From Rhizaria sp. SCN 62-66 (taxonomy: Eukaryota): DNA of 20,000 bases. Within the stretch, counting starts at the first letter, position 1, and each line of letters begins with the position of its first letter. The position numbers and the translations under genes were made by a program. The notes under the pieces were generated by a model, which made no database searches, had not been told where the DNA came from, and saw nothing but the letters and a program-made list of their open reading frames with translations. The DNA is taken from positions 56,784 through 76,783 of the forward strand of contig MEDY01000123.1 in NCBI GenBank assembly GCA_001724265.1, in the 5' to 3' direction. Below are positions 9,460 to 20,000 of this stretch, one piece after another.

Positions 9460-10143
9460 GAGCTTTGGGTGTTTGCGAAGCTATCGATTGTGGCGGAGCT
9501 TCCTTTCTAGAAGGAGATGAAGGATGAGGGGAAGTAATTTGGAATTGTGAGCCAAGATGCAGCTGAATGCTGATAAAATAGTGATACGTTACTCGCACAC
9601 TGTGCAACTTTGCGGGAATTGGCGTTTCAACCCCTAAGATAGACTGTGTCATTTTATATCGTGAAGCACCGGCAGTCAACGAGAACCAAAACAAGCTGCG
9701 CACATCCCGCACGGTGTGTAAACACCGTCAACATGAATTTGAATATAACCCGCACTTGCAACACTTTATTGCATAGATGTTTGGCAAATTATGCCTTGCA
9801 TTAAGCCATATGCATACCAGTGCATCGACTTCTCTGCTCGCCCTCAATCAATGCCAGCAGTCTTCTTTCTTACCAGACTACGTTAGTCGAGTTGGCCGAA
9901 ATTGTATTCCAGTGGGAGTGTCACATCACAGTAAACATGGTAAGTAGTATCAAGTGCAAAAACGCATCATTACAAAGAATCACATGAAATTGTGAAGGAA
10001 ATCAAATAGAAACAACCATGAAATACACCATAAATACCAATCGAGTTAGCGCGTTCTAGGTCACACTTGAACTCTACGCCAAATCAAAACGTCGACCAAC
10101 GATGCCGAAATGAACTAGTTCTTGCATATCGCATCTGGTGTAA

Positions 10144-12514
10144 TCAAATATCGTCATCACTGTCCGCAGCAACTGCGTCCGCGCGTACGCTCGCGGCGCG
10201 CGCGGCCCTCTCTTCGATTGCACGCAACGCGGCGTCCAGCGCAGCGTCGCTGTCAACGGGAGGCTTAGCTTTCTGATCAAGAGGGGCGTCGTCGTCGTCG
10301 CTTGCATCGTTGTGATCATCGCCATGCACCTCGTTGCCGTTGCCATCGCCAGAGGCACGCTCGGCCTGACTCACCGAGTCGGTGGGGGCGCTGGAGCTGT
10401 CGGGGTGCTGTGTTGCACTCGCACGCGCAGTGCTGATGTCGGACTTGCTGTCTTGCTGCGATTCAAGCCAGTCACCAAACGCCTTTAGCCGCTGCTCCTC
10501 CCCCTCGTTCTCGTTCTCGACCTTGTAGTTCGTCTTGCCGTCGAAATACACACAGCGCAGCCGGCGCAGCGGCTTCGCTACAACGCCATGACTCGCACCA
10601 GTAGCACTGCCCTCGGTCGAGTTTGCCGTCGCGCGCACGTCTGTGTTAGCGTCATCTGTGAAAATAATGTCGTCATTCGTGTTTCCAGTGATCGTCGACA
10701 CCACCTTATTGTTCAGCAGACGAATGCACGCCGCAGCCGCGTGTCCCGTGCGGAACTGGATCACGACGGGGCCCTCGAAGTTGCCCGGAAACACGGTGAG
10801 CTTGGCCACCGCGCCGCACTTGGCCTCGACCAGCGCCCGCACGCGCGCGCGCACGCCCTCGTAGTACGCCGCGGCGTCGCCGCTCGCCACTGCGACGTCA
10901 GGCGAGTACGCGTTCAGCAGCGAAATAATGCGGGGGCCCGGGCCAGCACTGCCAGCGCCGCCGGCGCCAGCACCGGCCGCACCGCCCTCGGCGGCGCTGC
11001 CGCTGCTGTCGGTGTTGTACGTCGTCGCGTCGTCGCCGCCGCCGCCCCACGACAGCGCCTGTGCCTGTGCGCGCGCGGCCAGCGACTTCTGCTGCCGCTT
11101 CATCACGAGCGCGGGCGCTCCGGAAGCGTTGTTCGCAGTGGCGTCAGTCACCGTTGCAGAGCCGGCGGGGCGGGCCCGCTTCGCTGCGCTGTCAATGTCG
11201 CCGTCCGCGCTCGCGCTCGCAGCGGTCCCCGTGTGTGCGTGGTCGTTGGCATCAACGGGGACGGACTTAGCGCTGAACTGCGCCCTGCACACAGCGACGG
11301 TGTATCCGGGCGCAAACTCGCGGCCGTCGAGAAAGCTCACCGCAAGGTCGACCGACTCGGCCTTGGCGTAAAAGACGAGCGCCTCGCCCTTAAGCTGGCC
11401 GGCTCGCTCGTGGCCGGCGCGGTGGCGGTAGAGCTTGATGCGCGGCAGCCCCAGCTCGTCAACCTTAAGCACGCCCGCGCGCGCCGCAAAGTCGGCCACG
11501 GCTTCGGGCATCAGCTCGTCGCCGTCCTCGCCCACCACCGGCAGCCCGGTGATGAAGACCGTCGTCTTGCCCTGTGTCGCCGACAGCAGCACTTTGTTCT
11601 GTTCGTTGTGGTTGCCTGCATCCGCGTTGCTGTCGCTGTTGCTCGGGCCGGCGCCGGCAGTCTGCGCTGTGCGCTTGCGGAGGCGCGACTCGCGGTTGCG
11701 CTCGCGCTTGGCGAGCTGCTCGGGGGTGAGGTCGGCGTCGGCCACACCGCGGCCGGCGGCGACGGCGGGCATGCCACCTGCACCGCCGCCGCTGGCGCCG
11801 CTAGAAGAGACTGCAATCGACGCATCTGTCGTCGCATTGGGCATGCTGGAAGAGCCGGACGCCTGTGCAGCAGCAGTGTTCGAAGCGCTAGGGCCAGCAG
11901 CGTGGAGTGCAACTGGGTCAACAGCTGCAGCTGGGGCAGGAGCAGTGATTTGGGGGTGTGAGCTGTACGGCTTCCAACCTGCATAAAGCAACGAATCAGA
12001 AGTGAGTTCAAAAATATATGCAAGTGTTAGTCGTATAAAATGAAAAATAATGTGCAAAACAGTTGGTTTTCTTCTTATTAGACTTGACATGAGGGAAGAA
12101 GTGCGAAGTAGTTGCGTCAGTATCGAGTTGGTTGTTGTAAGACGTACCGACAACAGCCTTTGTCCAAACCAGAGTCTCATCTCCAATCATCCCCGCGGCG
12201 CGGAATCCCTTTATGTCGTCGCGTGCAAACGGTCCCTGCTTAATGCGCATGGAATCCATGTAAAACCAGGGCTCTGCACCGACGGCAGACAGCGCGCTAA
12301 GCATGGGCGTCAGGTCTGCGATCGTGGTGAGAGCGGCCCAGTCTGCAAGTCCGTTGCGCCAGCAGTACGTCTCTTGAGTGACCTCGCCAGACGCAAAGAA
12401 CCACAGAAGATCTGTGCCGCTAACGGGGCCGCGCTGTGTCTTGCGCGAGTCGAAGAAGTGCCACACGATGGCCTCGGCGGGCACAGTTGCAACCGAGGGT
12501 ATCTCCGCGGACAT
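10144..12514 (-). CDS. HTATSF1: U2 snRNP-associated splicing factor Tat-SF1/CUS2 homolog with two N-terminal GYF_2 domains; exons 12514-12148 and 11978-10144, about 733 aa, stop TGA
   Basis: RRM1: TTVFITGLP...AGVLKVDELGLPRIKLYR...GQLKGEALVFYAKAESVDLAVSFLDG...RAQF. UHM: IISLLNAYSP...CGAVAKLTVF...EGPVVIQF...AAACIRLLNN, then YFDGKTNY and EEQRLKAFGDWLE. GYF_2: WHFFD...QRGPVS...ETYCWRNGLADW and WFYMD...QGPF...DETLVWTKAVV|GWKP. Confidence 0.9.
11979..12147 (-). other. Spliceosomal intron (169 nt) in the Tat-SF1 gene
   Basis: GTC G|GTACGT...TTTATGCAG|GT TGG, phase 1, completes the GYF_2 motif VW....GWKP. Confidence 0.9.
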
Positions 12515-12828
12515 CTGCAGGAGAAGAATAGTGTTGTAAGAGAAATGAAAAAAGGGAATGGAAATTCATGAGCATATTACATTCGGATATAGTGCATGTT
12601 TGCGGTTTAACGGATGGTGGCGCTCTTGCAATTAGATTTCTTGGATGATTCATGTGTCGCCAGATGTGAAGTGAATAACAGCTTTTGTGGTGAAAGGACA
12701 TTGGTGATAATCTAACATCCCACCCAATCATCAGCGGGGTGAAATCAAAAATTGGTGGATGTATTAAGTATGTAACAATAATAAAATAGAGCTATAAAGC
12801 TAAATCGGATCTATCCTAGATGGAAATC

Positions 12829-15200
12829 TCACCACTGCGCTTGCTGCACCGCGTTACTGACAACAGTGCGCTGCAGCGCAGAGCGTTGCGTACTCTGCAT
12901 CTGCACCTGCGAATTAGGCTTATCACAATCACCGCGGCTACCACACATTGCTGCACTCTTAGTCGTCCGGTCAATACCGTGGTTATCGCGCGCGCGCCGT
13001 TGTGTGGCCGACCTCTTGACGCTGCTACGCGACTGTGTCTGCGCAGTATCAGAGGTGCGACTATTTGTGACAGTAGAGTATGAATGCGGCATCAGCGCGT
13101 CCACAGGCAGCCCAAGCGCCCTCGCAACAGCCTCCGCGGCGCCGCCCTCGGCCCTGACGCTCTGAGCGCCGGTCTTCGCAGACTCGGCGGCGACGGAACC
13201 AGTCTTGGCACCTATGCCCCGCGCACTAGCAGCAGCCCTGCTCGTGTGACTGAAGCCACCGTTTGCGGCGTTGATGCTGTGGGCGCGCGAGGCCGCTGGA
13301 AACGCGGCGCCGCCGCGGGCAGACGACGGCCTCCGCGCGCGCGTCTGCATCAGAGCGGTGTGCAGCCCGTCAGCGATGCCGGACTGACTGTGGCCAAGAT
13401 TGTGACCATGAGAGTGAGCAGCGGCTGCAGTGCCGACAGACTGGCTAAAAGCAAACCCGTCAGTGTGGCCGTGGAGATGGGCGTTGGTGGGGACGCTCAC
13501 GCCCCCAACGCTCCACCCTTCCTCTGCAGCAAACTGGCCGTGATCGTGGCCGCGACCGTGGGCAAACGCGGCGCTCATCGACGCGAAACCGTGACCGAGA
13601 GCTGCAGTGCGGCCGCCCATTGGCGCAGACAGAGTCGTCGACAGCGGCACAGACAGCGGAGACCAGGCCTCCGTCGCCGCACTCGTCTCGCTCGCCTCGT
13701 CCTTGCCCATGTGTCCCATGTGGCCCCGGTGCGAGCGACCGTGCGCGCCTGCACCGGAGTGACCGTGGGCCGCGTCGGCAGCGACTTGCGCGGCGAGCGC
13801 GCGCTCCGAGGCCGTGGGGCGCGCGCCGCCACGCGCGGACCGGGCGAGGTCGAAGCTGCGGCCGTTGAGCCGGCCCAGCGCATGTGCGGCCGCGGCGAGG
13901 CGGGCCGGAACGACGACGCCGCCGCCGAGTCGAGGGTGTGCAGCGTGCGCGCAAACTGCTGCTGCTCGTGCTGTTGCTTCTGCTGCCCGCACTCGCTTGA
14001 GCTAGCGGCCAAGGCGGTGCTGTGAAAACTGCGACTTGTCGCAATGCTGCTGTTGTTGACAATGGTGCTAAGGGCTGCAGAAAGCTGGCCTGTCGCGGAC
14101 AGTTGGGCCGCGGCTGCGGCCAGCGGCGCCTGCGGCCTCCACAGCAGCGGCGGCTCGGTCTGGCCCGTGACGAGGCTTAACTTCGAGACGGCGACACCGG
14201 TGCCCGCGTTGCTGACCTGCGCAAACGCGACGGACCGCGCGGAGGTCCAGTAGTCCTTATGTCCTGCGCCGGTGCCACTCTGGTCAGCACCCCCCGCCCC
14301 CGCGAGCGCGCAGAGCCCCACAGTGGAGGCAGCTTGCTGTGCGAAAGCGGCCGCGGCGGCGCGTTTGGCGGCCTTGTCGGCGGCCTCCGCGGCGGCACGT
14401 GCACGCGCGGCCTGCGCGGCGGCGGCGGCGGGCGTGGCGAGGCGCAGCGGCGCGCCGGCGGCAAGCGCGGGCACGGCGGGCCCGTCGGCCGTGCGCGGCG
14501 GCGGGTCGCGGTACGGCTCCGCGGCCGAGGACAGCAGCGGCGCGACGTAGGCCCCCGCCAGCGTCCGCGTGCGGTCCAGCGGCGCGCACGTCGCGGGACG
14601 GTGGTGCCGGCGCATGCCCTGCGCGCGCGCGGCGGCGTGCACAGCAGCGGGGCTCACAGCGGCGGCGTCCGTGGATAGGGGGTCTGCGACTGTGAGGGGT
14701 GGGCGGGAGAGGCGCACGGCTGCCTCGATGCGCTCGCGCTCGGTCTTGGGCCCGAAGCTCAGCGAGAGCTGCATCTCCATCTCGCGGATGCGCGGGCGGA
14801 AGTCCGGGACGGCGACCGGCGGCACCCAAGGGTCCGCTGCTGCAGTGACGTGCGCGGGTTGTGCAGACGAGGATGTCGAGGACGATAGAGACGTCGAGGC
14901 GACGAACGCAGTCGCAGGGCGCGCGGGTCCAAAAGCCGACTTACCCAGCGCGGATGCAACGTGAAAGTTCATCGGGTGCGGGTGCTGTGGGGCATCCACA
15001 GGAGCGTCTTCGGCTGCGGCAGCGGTAGAGGCGGAGGCGAGCTGCTCAATGCGCGTTGCCGCGGAGGGGGCGACGTCGTGGAGCCACTTCTCGACGCGTG
15101 CATAGCTCCGCAACGCCAAAGCATCACGCGAAGGGGAAGAACATGTCGCAGACCGAGCTGTACCGCGGCCCGGGTAGGCCGGAGGACTGGAGGGGAGCAT
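12829..15200 (-). CDS. Hypothetical Ala/His-rich protein (about 790 aa) with an apparent 1-nt frame switch near 13896
   Basis: Coding-like GC3 bias lies in the 13575-15269 frame down to about 13896 and then moves to the 12829-13992 frame. Likely start is ATG 15200, downstream of TTCACAG. Stop is TGA 12831-12829. No family recognised. Confidence 0.6.
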
Positions 15201-15748
15201 CCGAGAGACGACGGAAAAGGGTGCGAGAAACGGCTGTGAAGTGAGGAGAAACATAAAATCAGGGTTCAATAGGTGTGTGTGAGCCGTTTACAGGATTCGA
15301 TCAGTCCCATCCATGATGAGAACATCAAGTAATTGTACGTGTCTCGCGAACAAGCGAAGTCAATATGGCTGAAGAGCGCTGTAATCGATTGAAGGTGGGA
15401 TGATGGACGGAGACTGGATCAAGAGAGATGTCGTCGAAGATGCTCAAAAACAGTGCTGGAAAACAGCGTTCCCATCGGAGGATAGACATGTAGTAAAGCA
15501 CTAGAAGGAATCAGTCATAGGAATAATATAATCTATTTTTCACATTACGGGAAAGTGTCTATGTCTCGCACAGTACTTCATCTCAAGATCACCGCACCGC
15601 CGCGCAGTTGACCGTTTACGATTCACTTGTGGTCATCGAACTTGTTCTTTGGATATCACGTCTAAACAGTCACAACAATGAACATCTATGCACTATATTT
15701 CACTTACAAGTTAATTTCTTTGCATTCTCGTGTTTTTAATTTCATAGG

Positions 15749-18132
15749 ATGTCCAAGGCGTCTCTCCTGAGTGCGTTTATGGACGACGCCGAGAGCGACG
15801 AAGAGCAGTCGCAGCAGCAGTCACAGCAGCTCTCCGGCGTCCCTACGGTCAAGCCTGAGGGTGTCACATCGAACTATGATACTAACATTGGCCCAACTAT
15901 TGCCCCAGCGTTCTTCAGTGGTACGATCGGTCCGGCTGCAGCTCCTACAGCTTCGTCCTCCTCTTGTGCCAACGGTCACAACACGAGCGCGAACGTTTCG
16001 GCCGTGACCGCGATCATCGAGAGCCCCGAGTTCGTGGCCCTGCTGGCGGACCTTGACGCTGCCGATGCTGCTGACGCCGAGGCTGCGGCCGCGCTGGCTG
16101 CCGCAGAGATGGCCAAGCTCGACTCCCGTATCCCGGGCCTCCACGGCAGCAACGCCAATAAAGACTCCTCGGACTCGAGCTCGAGCAGTGACTCCGACTC
16201 CGACTCCAGCAGTGACAGCAGCGACAGTGACGACGACAAGCCGCACCGGATCCCGCTCCCGCCCGCGACCGCCTCTGCGGCGGCGGCCTCGGCGCTGGTC
16301 TCCCGCGCCAACGCCCAGCTGCGCCGGCTCGACGATGAGCTGGCCGTGGTGCACCGCGCGCTCCAGGCCGCCTTGCGCCCGCTGCACCCCGAGCTGGAGG
16401 CGCTGGTGACAGAGCCCGACGCGTTCGCGCGCACGGTCATTGCGCTGCTCCGCCGCGACCTCGCCGCCGTCGCCAACAGCGCCGCTGCAATTACCAGCAG
16501 TGACAGCGGCGTGAAGTCAGATGGCGCAAGTGCCGAGGCCGAGGCCGCTGCGGAGGCACTGGCGCGCGCGGCCGCGAACCCGGCGATCTCTGGCACGGGC
16601 GCTGGCAAGCTGCAGACTGAGCTCGAGACCTTCCTTCCGTCTTCGGTCGCGCTCGTCGTCGCCGTTACCGCGGCCGCCTCGGCCTCCACCTCGGCGCTCC
16701 TGCAGAACAACAGCGGCGGCACTGACGGCGCCGTGAACGGTGCAGCGGCGCCCGGCGGCAAGGTGGCCGCCGCGTCCTCGTTGTCTCCGCTGCCCGCGTT
16801 TAACCTTGCACTCTCGCTGGCGACCGCGGCGGCGACGCGCACGCGGCTGCAGGCGCTGCTGTCTTCGCGCCTGGCCGCCGTGGCGCCCAACCTCACGGCA
16901 CTGCTGGGCGGGCCGCTGGCAGCGTCGTTGGTTGCGCTTACGGGCTCGGTCCGCGCCCTCGCGCTGGTGCCGTCGTGCAACATCCAGGTGCTCGGCGCCC
17001 GCCGCGGCGCGCTCGTGGGCACCTCCGCGGCCAGCGCCGACCTGCACACCGGTGTCATCGGCGGCGCCGCGCTGCTCGAGGGCGTGCCGAAGCAGGTGTA
17101 CCGGCGCGCGGTGCGGCAAGTTGCCGCCAAAACTGCGCTCGCGGCGCGCGTGGACGCTGCGGGGACGTGCGCCAGCGGTGACAGGGGCCGCGAGATGGCC
17201 GAGGACATCCGCGCGCGCGTGCGCCGCTGGCTGGCGCCGCCAGAGACGCGCAACATCAAGGCACTGCCGCGGCCGAACGAGGGGCCCAAGAAGAAGCGCG
17301 GCGGGCGCCGCTTCCGCAAGCAGAAGGAACGGACTCGGCAAACCACGCTCGCGAAACAAAAGAACCGACTCGCGTTCGGCGGCAGCGAGGTCGTGGACGA
17401 CTTCACCGGCGAGGGCATGGGCATGGTCGGCGCCGGCGGCGACGGCCTTGTCATTAAGGGGCTAGGCGGCGACGCGGGCGGCCAGCGCGTGCAGGACCAG
17501 CTATCGAAGAAGATGAAGGCCAGGTACGTGTGTTTAATGGCTAAAACGCAAAGATACAGTTGCGACCGGCGGTATACTATCTATTTTATATTTCTTCATG
17601 TTGGTCAATTGTTTGTTTACTCATTACTCTTTCGCTAGCTCACTTTCCCTTCGTTTTATCATTTCGTCATTGTTTACATGCACTAAACTACAGGTTGGCT
17701 GGTGGCAAGCAGCTGACTGGCGCGGCGGCCGTCTTTGGCACTGTCACTGGCACTGGCGGTGGCGCCAGCGCACTGCACGGCCAGGGCAACGCCGCCGCTG
17801 CCGCTGAGGTCGAGGAGGGGCCGACCTTCGTCATCCTCAAGGCTGCGCCAAGCACTGCCAACAACAACGCCTCCTCCGCGAGCGGCACTGCAATCACTGC
17901 AAGCGCTGCTGGTGCTAACAGGGACTACTTCGGTGTGGGCGTGAGCAGCAGCGTCGGCGCCGGCGTGCACGGGTCCTCCGACCACGGCCAGGGTCACAGC
18001 CAGGGCCAGGTCAAGCGCGCCGCCGGCGAGGCCGCCGCGGGGGCGGGCGCGGAGACGGAGGCCGAGGCGCGGGCGGCCGAGATGGCCGCGAAGCGCGCGC
18101 GCATCCTTGCGAATTCGAGCCTGTTCAAGTGA
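15749..18132 (+). CDS. PRPF31: U4/U6.U5 tri-snRNP protein Prp31; exons 15749-17523 and 17694-18132, about 737 aa, stop TGA
   Basis: NOSIC-like HPELEALV. Nop domain VAPNLTALLG...LALVPSCNIQVLGA...HTGVI...RRAVRQVAAKTALAARVD. NLS/C-terminus PPETRNIKALPRPNEGPKKKRGGRRFRKQKE...KQKNRLAFG. Confidence 0.93.
17524..17693 (+). other. Spliceosomal intron (170 nt) in PRP31
   Basis: AG|GTACGT...CACTAAACTACAG|G, AT-rich, phase 2, joins the 17560-18132 ORF frame. Confidence 0.88.
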
Positions 18133-18765
18133 AATACTGGCGATGAGGAATGATTTCAGTGTCTCGTCTGACATTTCACAGAGTTATACTGAAGGCTTTA
18201 TCGAGGTGTATCTGCTCGAGTCGTGACTGCGGAAAACTCAGATATATTTGCTATATGGCCAGTTTTGAGTATAAATAGCGCGTTTATTATAAATATGGGT
18301 TTGAGAAAATAGACATTCAAGTTAACTCAGTCATCTAATAAACTTATAATAATGAACAGTTCTCGCAAAGTTAGGTTAGAAGATCGTTTCTACCGTGACT
18401 GCTCACAGTCACAATTCGGCCGAGCCATGCCTCCCTTGAGTGCGGTCCAACGGCACACGCAAATGACGACGAGCGGCAATGCGTGAACAGCACCATAACA
18501 CGTCGTCAGACAGTGGAAGAATAACGGTGCCCGGACTGCATTTCTCACATATATTTTAATTATTGCATCTTTTTTGTGATTCTTGGCCACGTAGTGTGTC
18601 TTTAGTCCTCGATTCGCGGCCCGTTTGCCCCTCTGCTCCCTTGTCCACGCTCCGTCCGTTCTCCCACGCCTACGCTAGGGGCACCCTCGCCGTGACCCGC
18701 GCCGCTCGCTTTTCTATCTGCACCGAGCGCGTGCTATCACCTGTGGTGCCTTTTGCTCGCCTACC

Positions 18766-20000
18766 ATGAGTTCTCTCACCTCAACGCCTGCCCCCGCTGC
18801 GCGCTCCACCTCCAACACCACGGCCCCCGTCGCGGCCACCACCGGCGCAGCCGCCGCACCGGCCGCCGCGTCATCCTCGGCGTCTGCCTCGACCGGCAGC
18901 GGGCTGGTTGCGCCCGCCACTGCGTCCAAGCCGAAGCTCAGCGCCACCGCATCTGTGTTCACGCCATCGACGCTCCGCGTCGCCGCCGTGTCCTTCACGC
19001 CAGGCGCTGCGCTCACACGGCCCGCCTTCCACATGCCCGCTCCGGCCGCGACCCCGGCCGCCGCCTCAGTCTTTGCCGCGCCTGTCACAATTGGCGCGGG
19101 GGCGGCGGCGGGCCCTCGCGCGCATTTGTCAGCCGCCACGCCCCACAATCACCACACCAGCTCGAGCTCGAGCTCCGGCGCAAGTGACCCGTCACGCACG
19201 CTTAAGTTCTCCCCGTCAATGGGGCCCGCGTCGGCGCCGGCGTTTTTGCCCTCGGCGTCGTCCGCCTTTGCGCCCACCTCGGCCAGCTTTGTCCCCGCAG
19301 CGGCCTCGTCTATTTCCGCCGCCGTCGCCGCGGCGCCCTGGCAGCCCTCCACGTCGTCGTCCTCTTCGTCGTCGTCCGCCTACGACCACCACTACCACGA
19401 CGCGGGGCGGGGCGAGGATGAGTATTCGTGGGACTTCCTGTTCGACGACGACTACGTGCCGCCTTACAAGGACGCGTCGGTCATCACATTCTCGATCGGC
19501 GAGCTCTACTTCGACTTCGACCTGGCCGGCATCGACCTGATCTCACCCAAGCCCGAGGGCATCCCCGACTTCCTTGACGTCAACAGCCCGGCCTCCAAGG
19601 CGTGGATCGCCACGCGCAGCACGCTCCGCCGCCCGCGCAAGAACCCCACCGGCAGCGGCGGCAGCGCCCATGGTGGCGGCGGCAGCACCCACGGCGGCTC
19701 TGGCGCGGGCTACAGCGGTGGCGTGTCGGCGAAGCGCGAGAGCGGCGGCAGCGGCCGGCACGGCGCCGGCGGCAGCAGCAACAGCGAGTCAAGCTACAAC
19801 AAGCTGCGCGCGGCGCGCCAGGCCCGCTACGCCGCGCTCGACGCCGAACTGGGCCGCGCGCCCGCCGGCCGCCCCGGCACGGGGGGCTCCGGCGCCGGAG
19901 GCTTCGGCCGCGGCACCAGCGGCGGCGGCAGCAGTGGCCGCGGCGGCTTCGGTGGCGGCCGCGGCGGCGCCGGCAGCGGCCGCGGCGGCCGCGGCGGGGG
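18766..20000 (+). CDS. eIF4G-like or eIF4E-binding translation regulator, N-terminal part (PAM2 motifs, YxxxxL-phi motif, RGG box); 3'-partial
   Basis: Open frame from ACCATG at 18766 to the window end (absent from the ORF track): KPKLSATASVFTP and STLRVAAVSFTP (PAM2-like), EYSWDFLF (4E-binding consensus), then GRGGFGGGRGG...RGGRGG. Confidence 0.65.
   Translation, partial: MSSLTSTPAPAARSTSNTTAPVAATTGAAAAPAAASSSASASTGSGLVAPATASKPKLSATASVFTPSTLRVAAVSFTPGAALTRPAFHMPAPAATPAAASVFAAPVTIGAGAAAGPRAHLSAATPHNHHTSSSSSSGASDPSRTLKFSPSMGPASAPAFLPSASSAFAPTSASFVPAAASSISAAVAAAPWQPSTSSSSSSSSAYDHHYHDAGRGEDEYSWDFLFDDDYVPPYKDASVITFSIGELYFDFDLAGIDLISPKPEGIPDFLDVNSPASKAWIATRSTLRRPRKNPTGSGGSAHGGGGSTHGGSGAGYSGGVSAKRESGGSGRHGAGGSSNSESSYNKLRAARQARYAALDAELGRAPAGRPGTGGSGAGGFGRGTSGGGSSGRGGFGGGRGGAGSGRGGRGG

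Noticed and set aside
9510-10143. Additional small gene or ncRNA in intergenic gaps (also 3328-4087 and 18133-18765)
   Set aside because: AT-rich, with no coding bias and no tRNA, snRNA or repeat structure recognised.
15313-15372. Possible C/D box snoRNA (ATGATGA...CTGA)
   Set aside because: No terminal stem or recognisable guide sequence; such short motifs are expected by chance.
2094-20000. Functional cluster of RNA-metabolism genes (RPF2, Tat-SF1, PRP31, eIF4G-like)
   Set aside because: Mixed strands, interleaved with unrelated genes, and such genes are common in compact genomes.

Overview
Gene-dense eukaryotic nuclear DNA, probably from a flagellated protist since it carries a CEP43/FOP-type centrosomal gene. 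It has GC-rich exons and short AT-rich GT-AG introns (109-178 nt; donor GTACGT in six of seven, GTGCGT in one). Eight protein genes are supportable: CEP43/FOP-like (-, partial), RPF2 (+), an MFSD6-like MFS transporter (+), a 4-exon Zn-finger/B-box/coiled-coil TRIM-like protein (-), Tat-SF1/CUS2 with two GYF_2 domains (-), an Ala-rich hypothetical gene with a 1-nt frame switch (-), PRP31 (+), and a partial PAM2/eIF4E-binding/RGG eIF4G-like gene (+). The main signal is in-frame TAG inside conserved domains of two unrelated genes: an MFS transmembrane helix (5273-5275) and the zinc-ligand core of a B-box (8900-8902). All five unambiguous gene ends are TAA or TGA, and the one apparent TAG end (MFS) is followed 7 codons later by TGA. 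This suggests a variant nuclear genetic code in which UAG alone is a sense codon (Gln is the most parsimonious guess) while UAA and UGA remain stops. The inference rests on few codons, and sequence error is not excluded.
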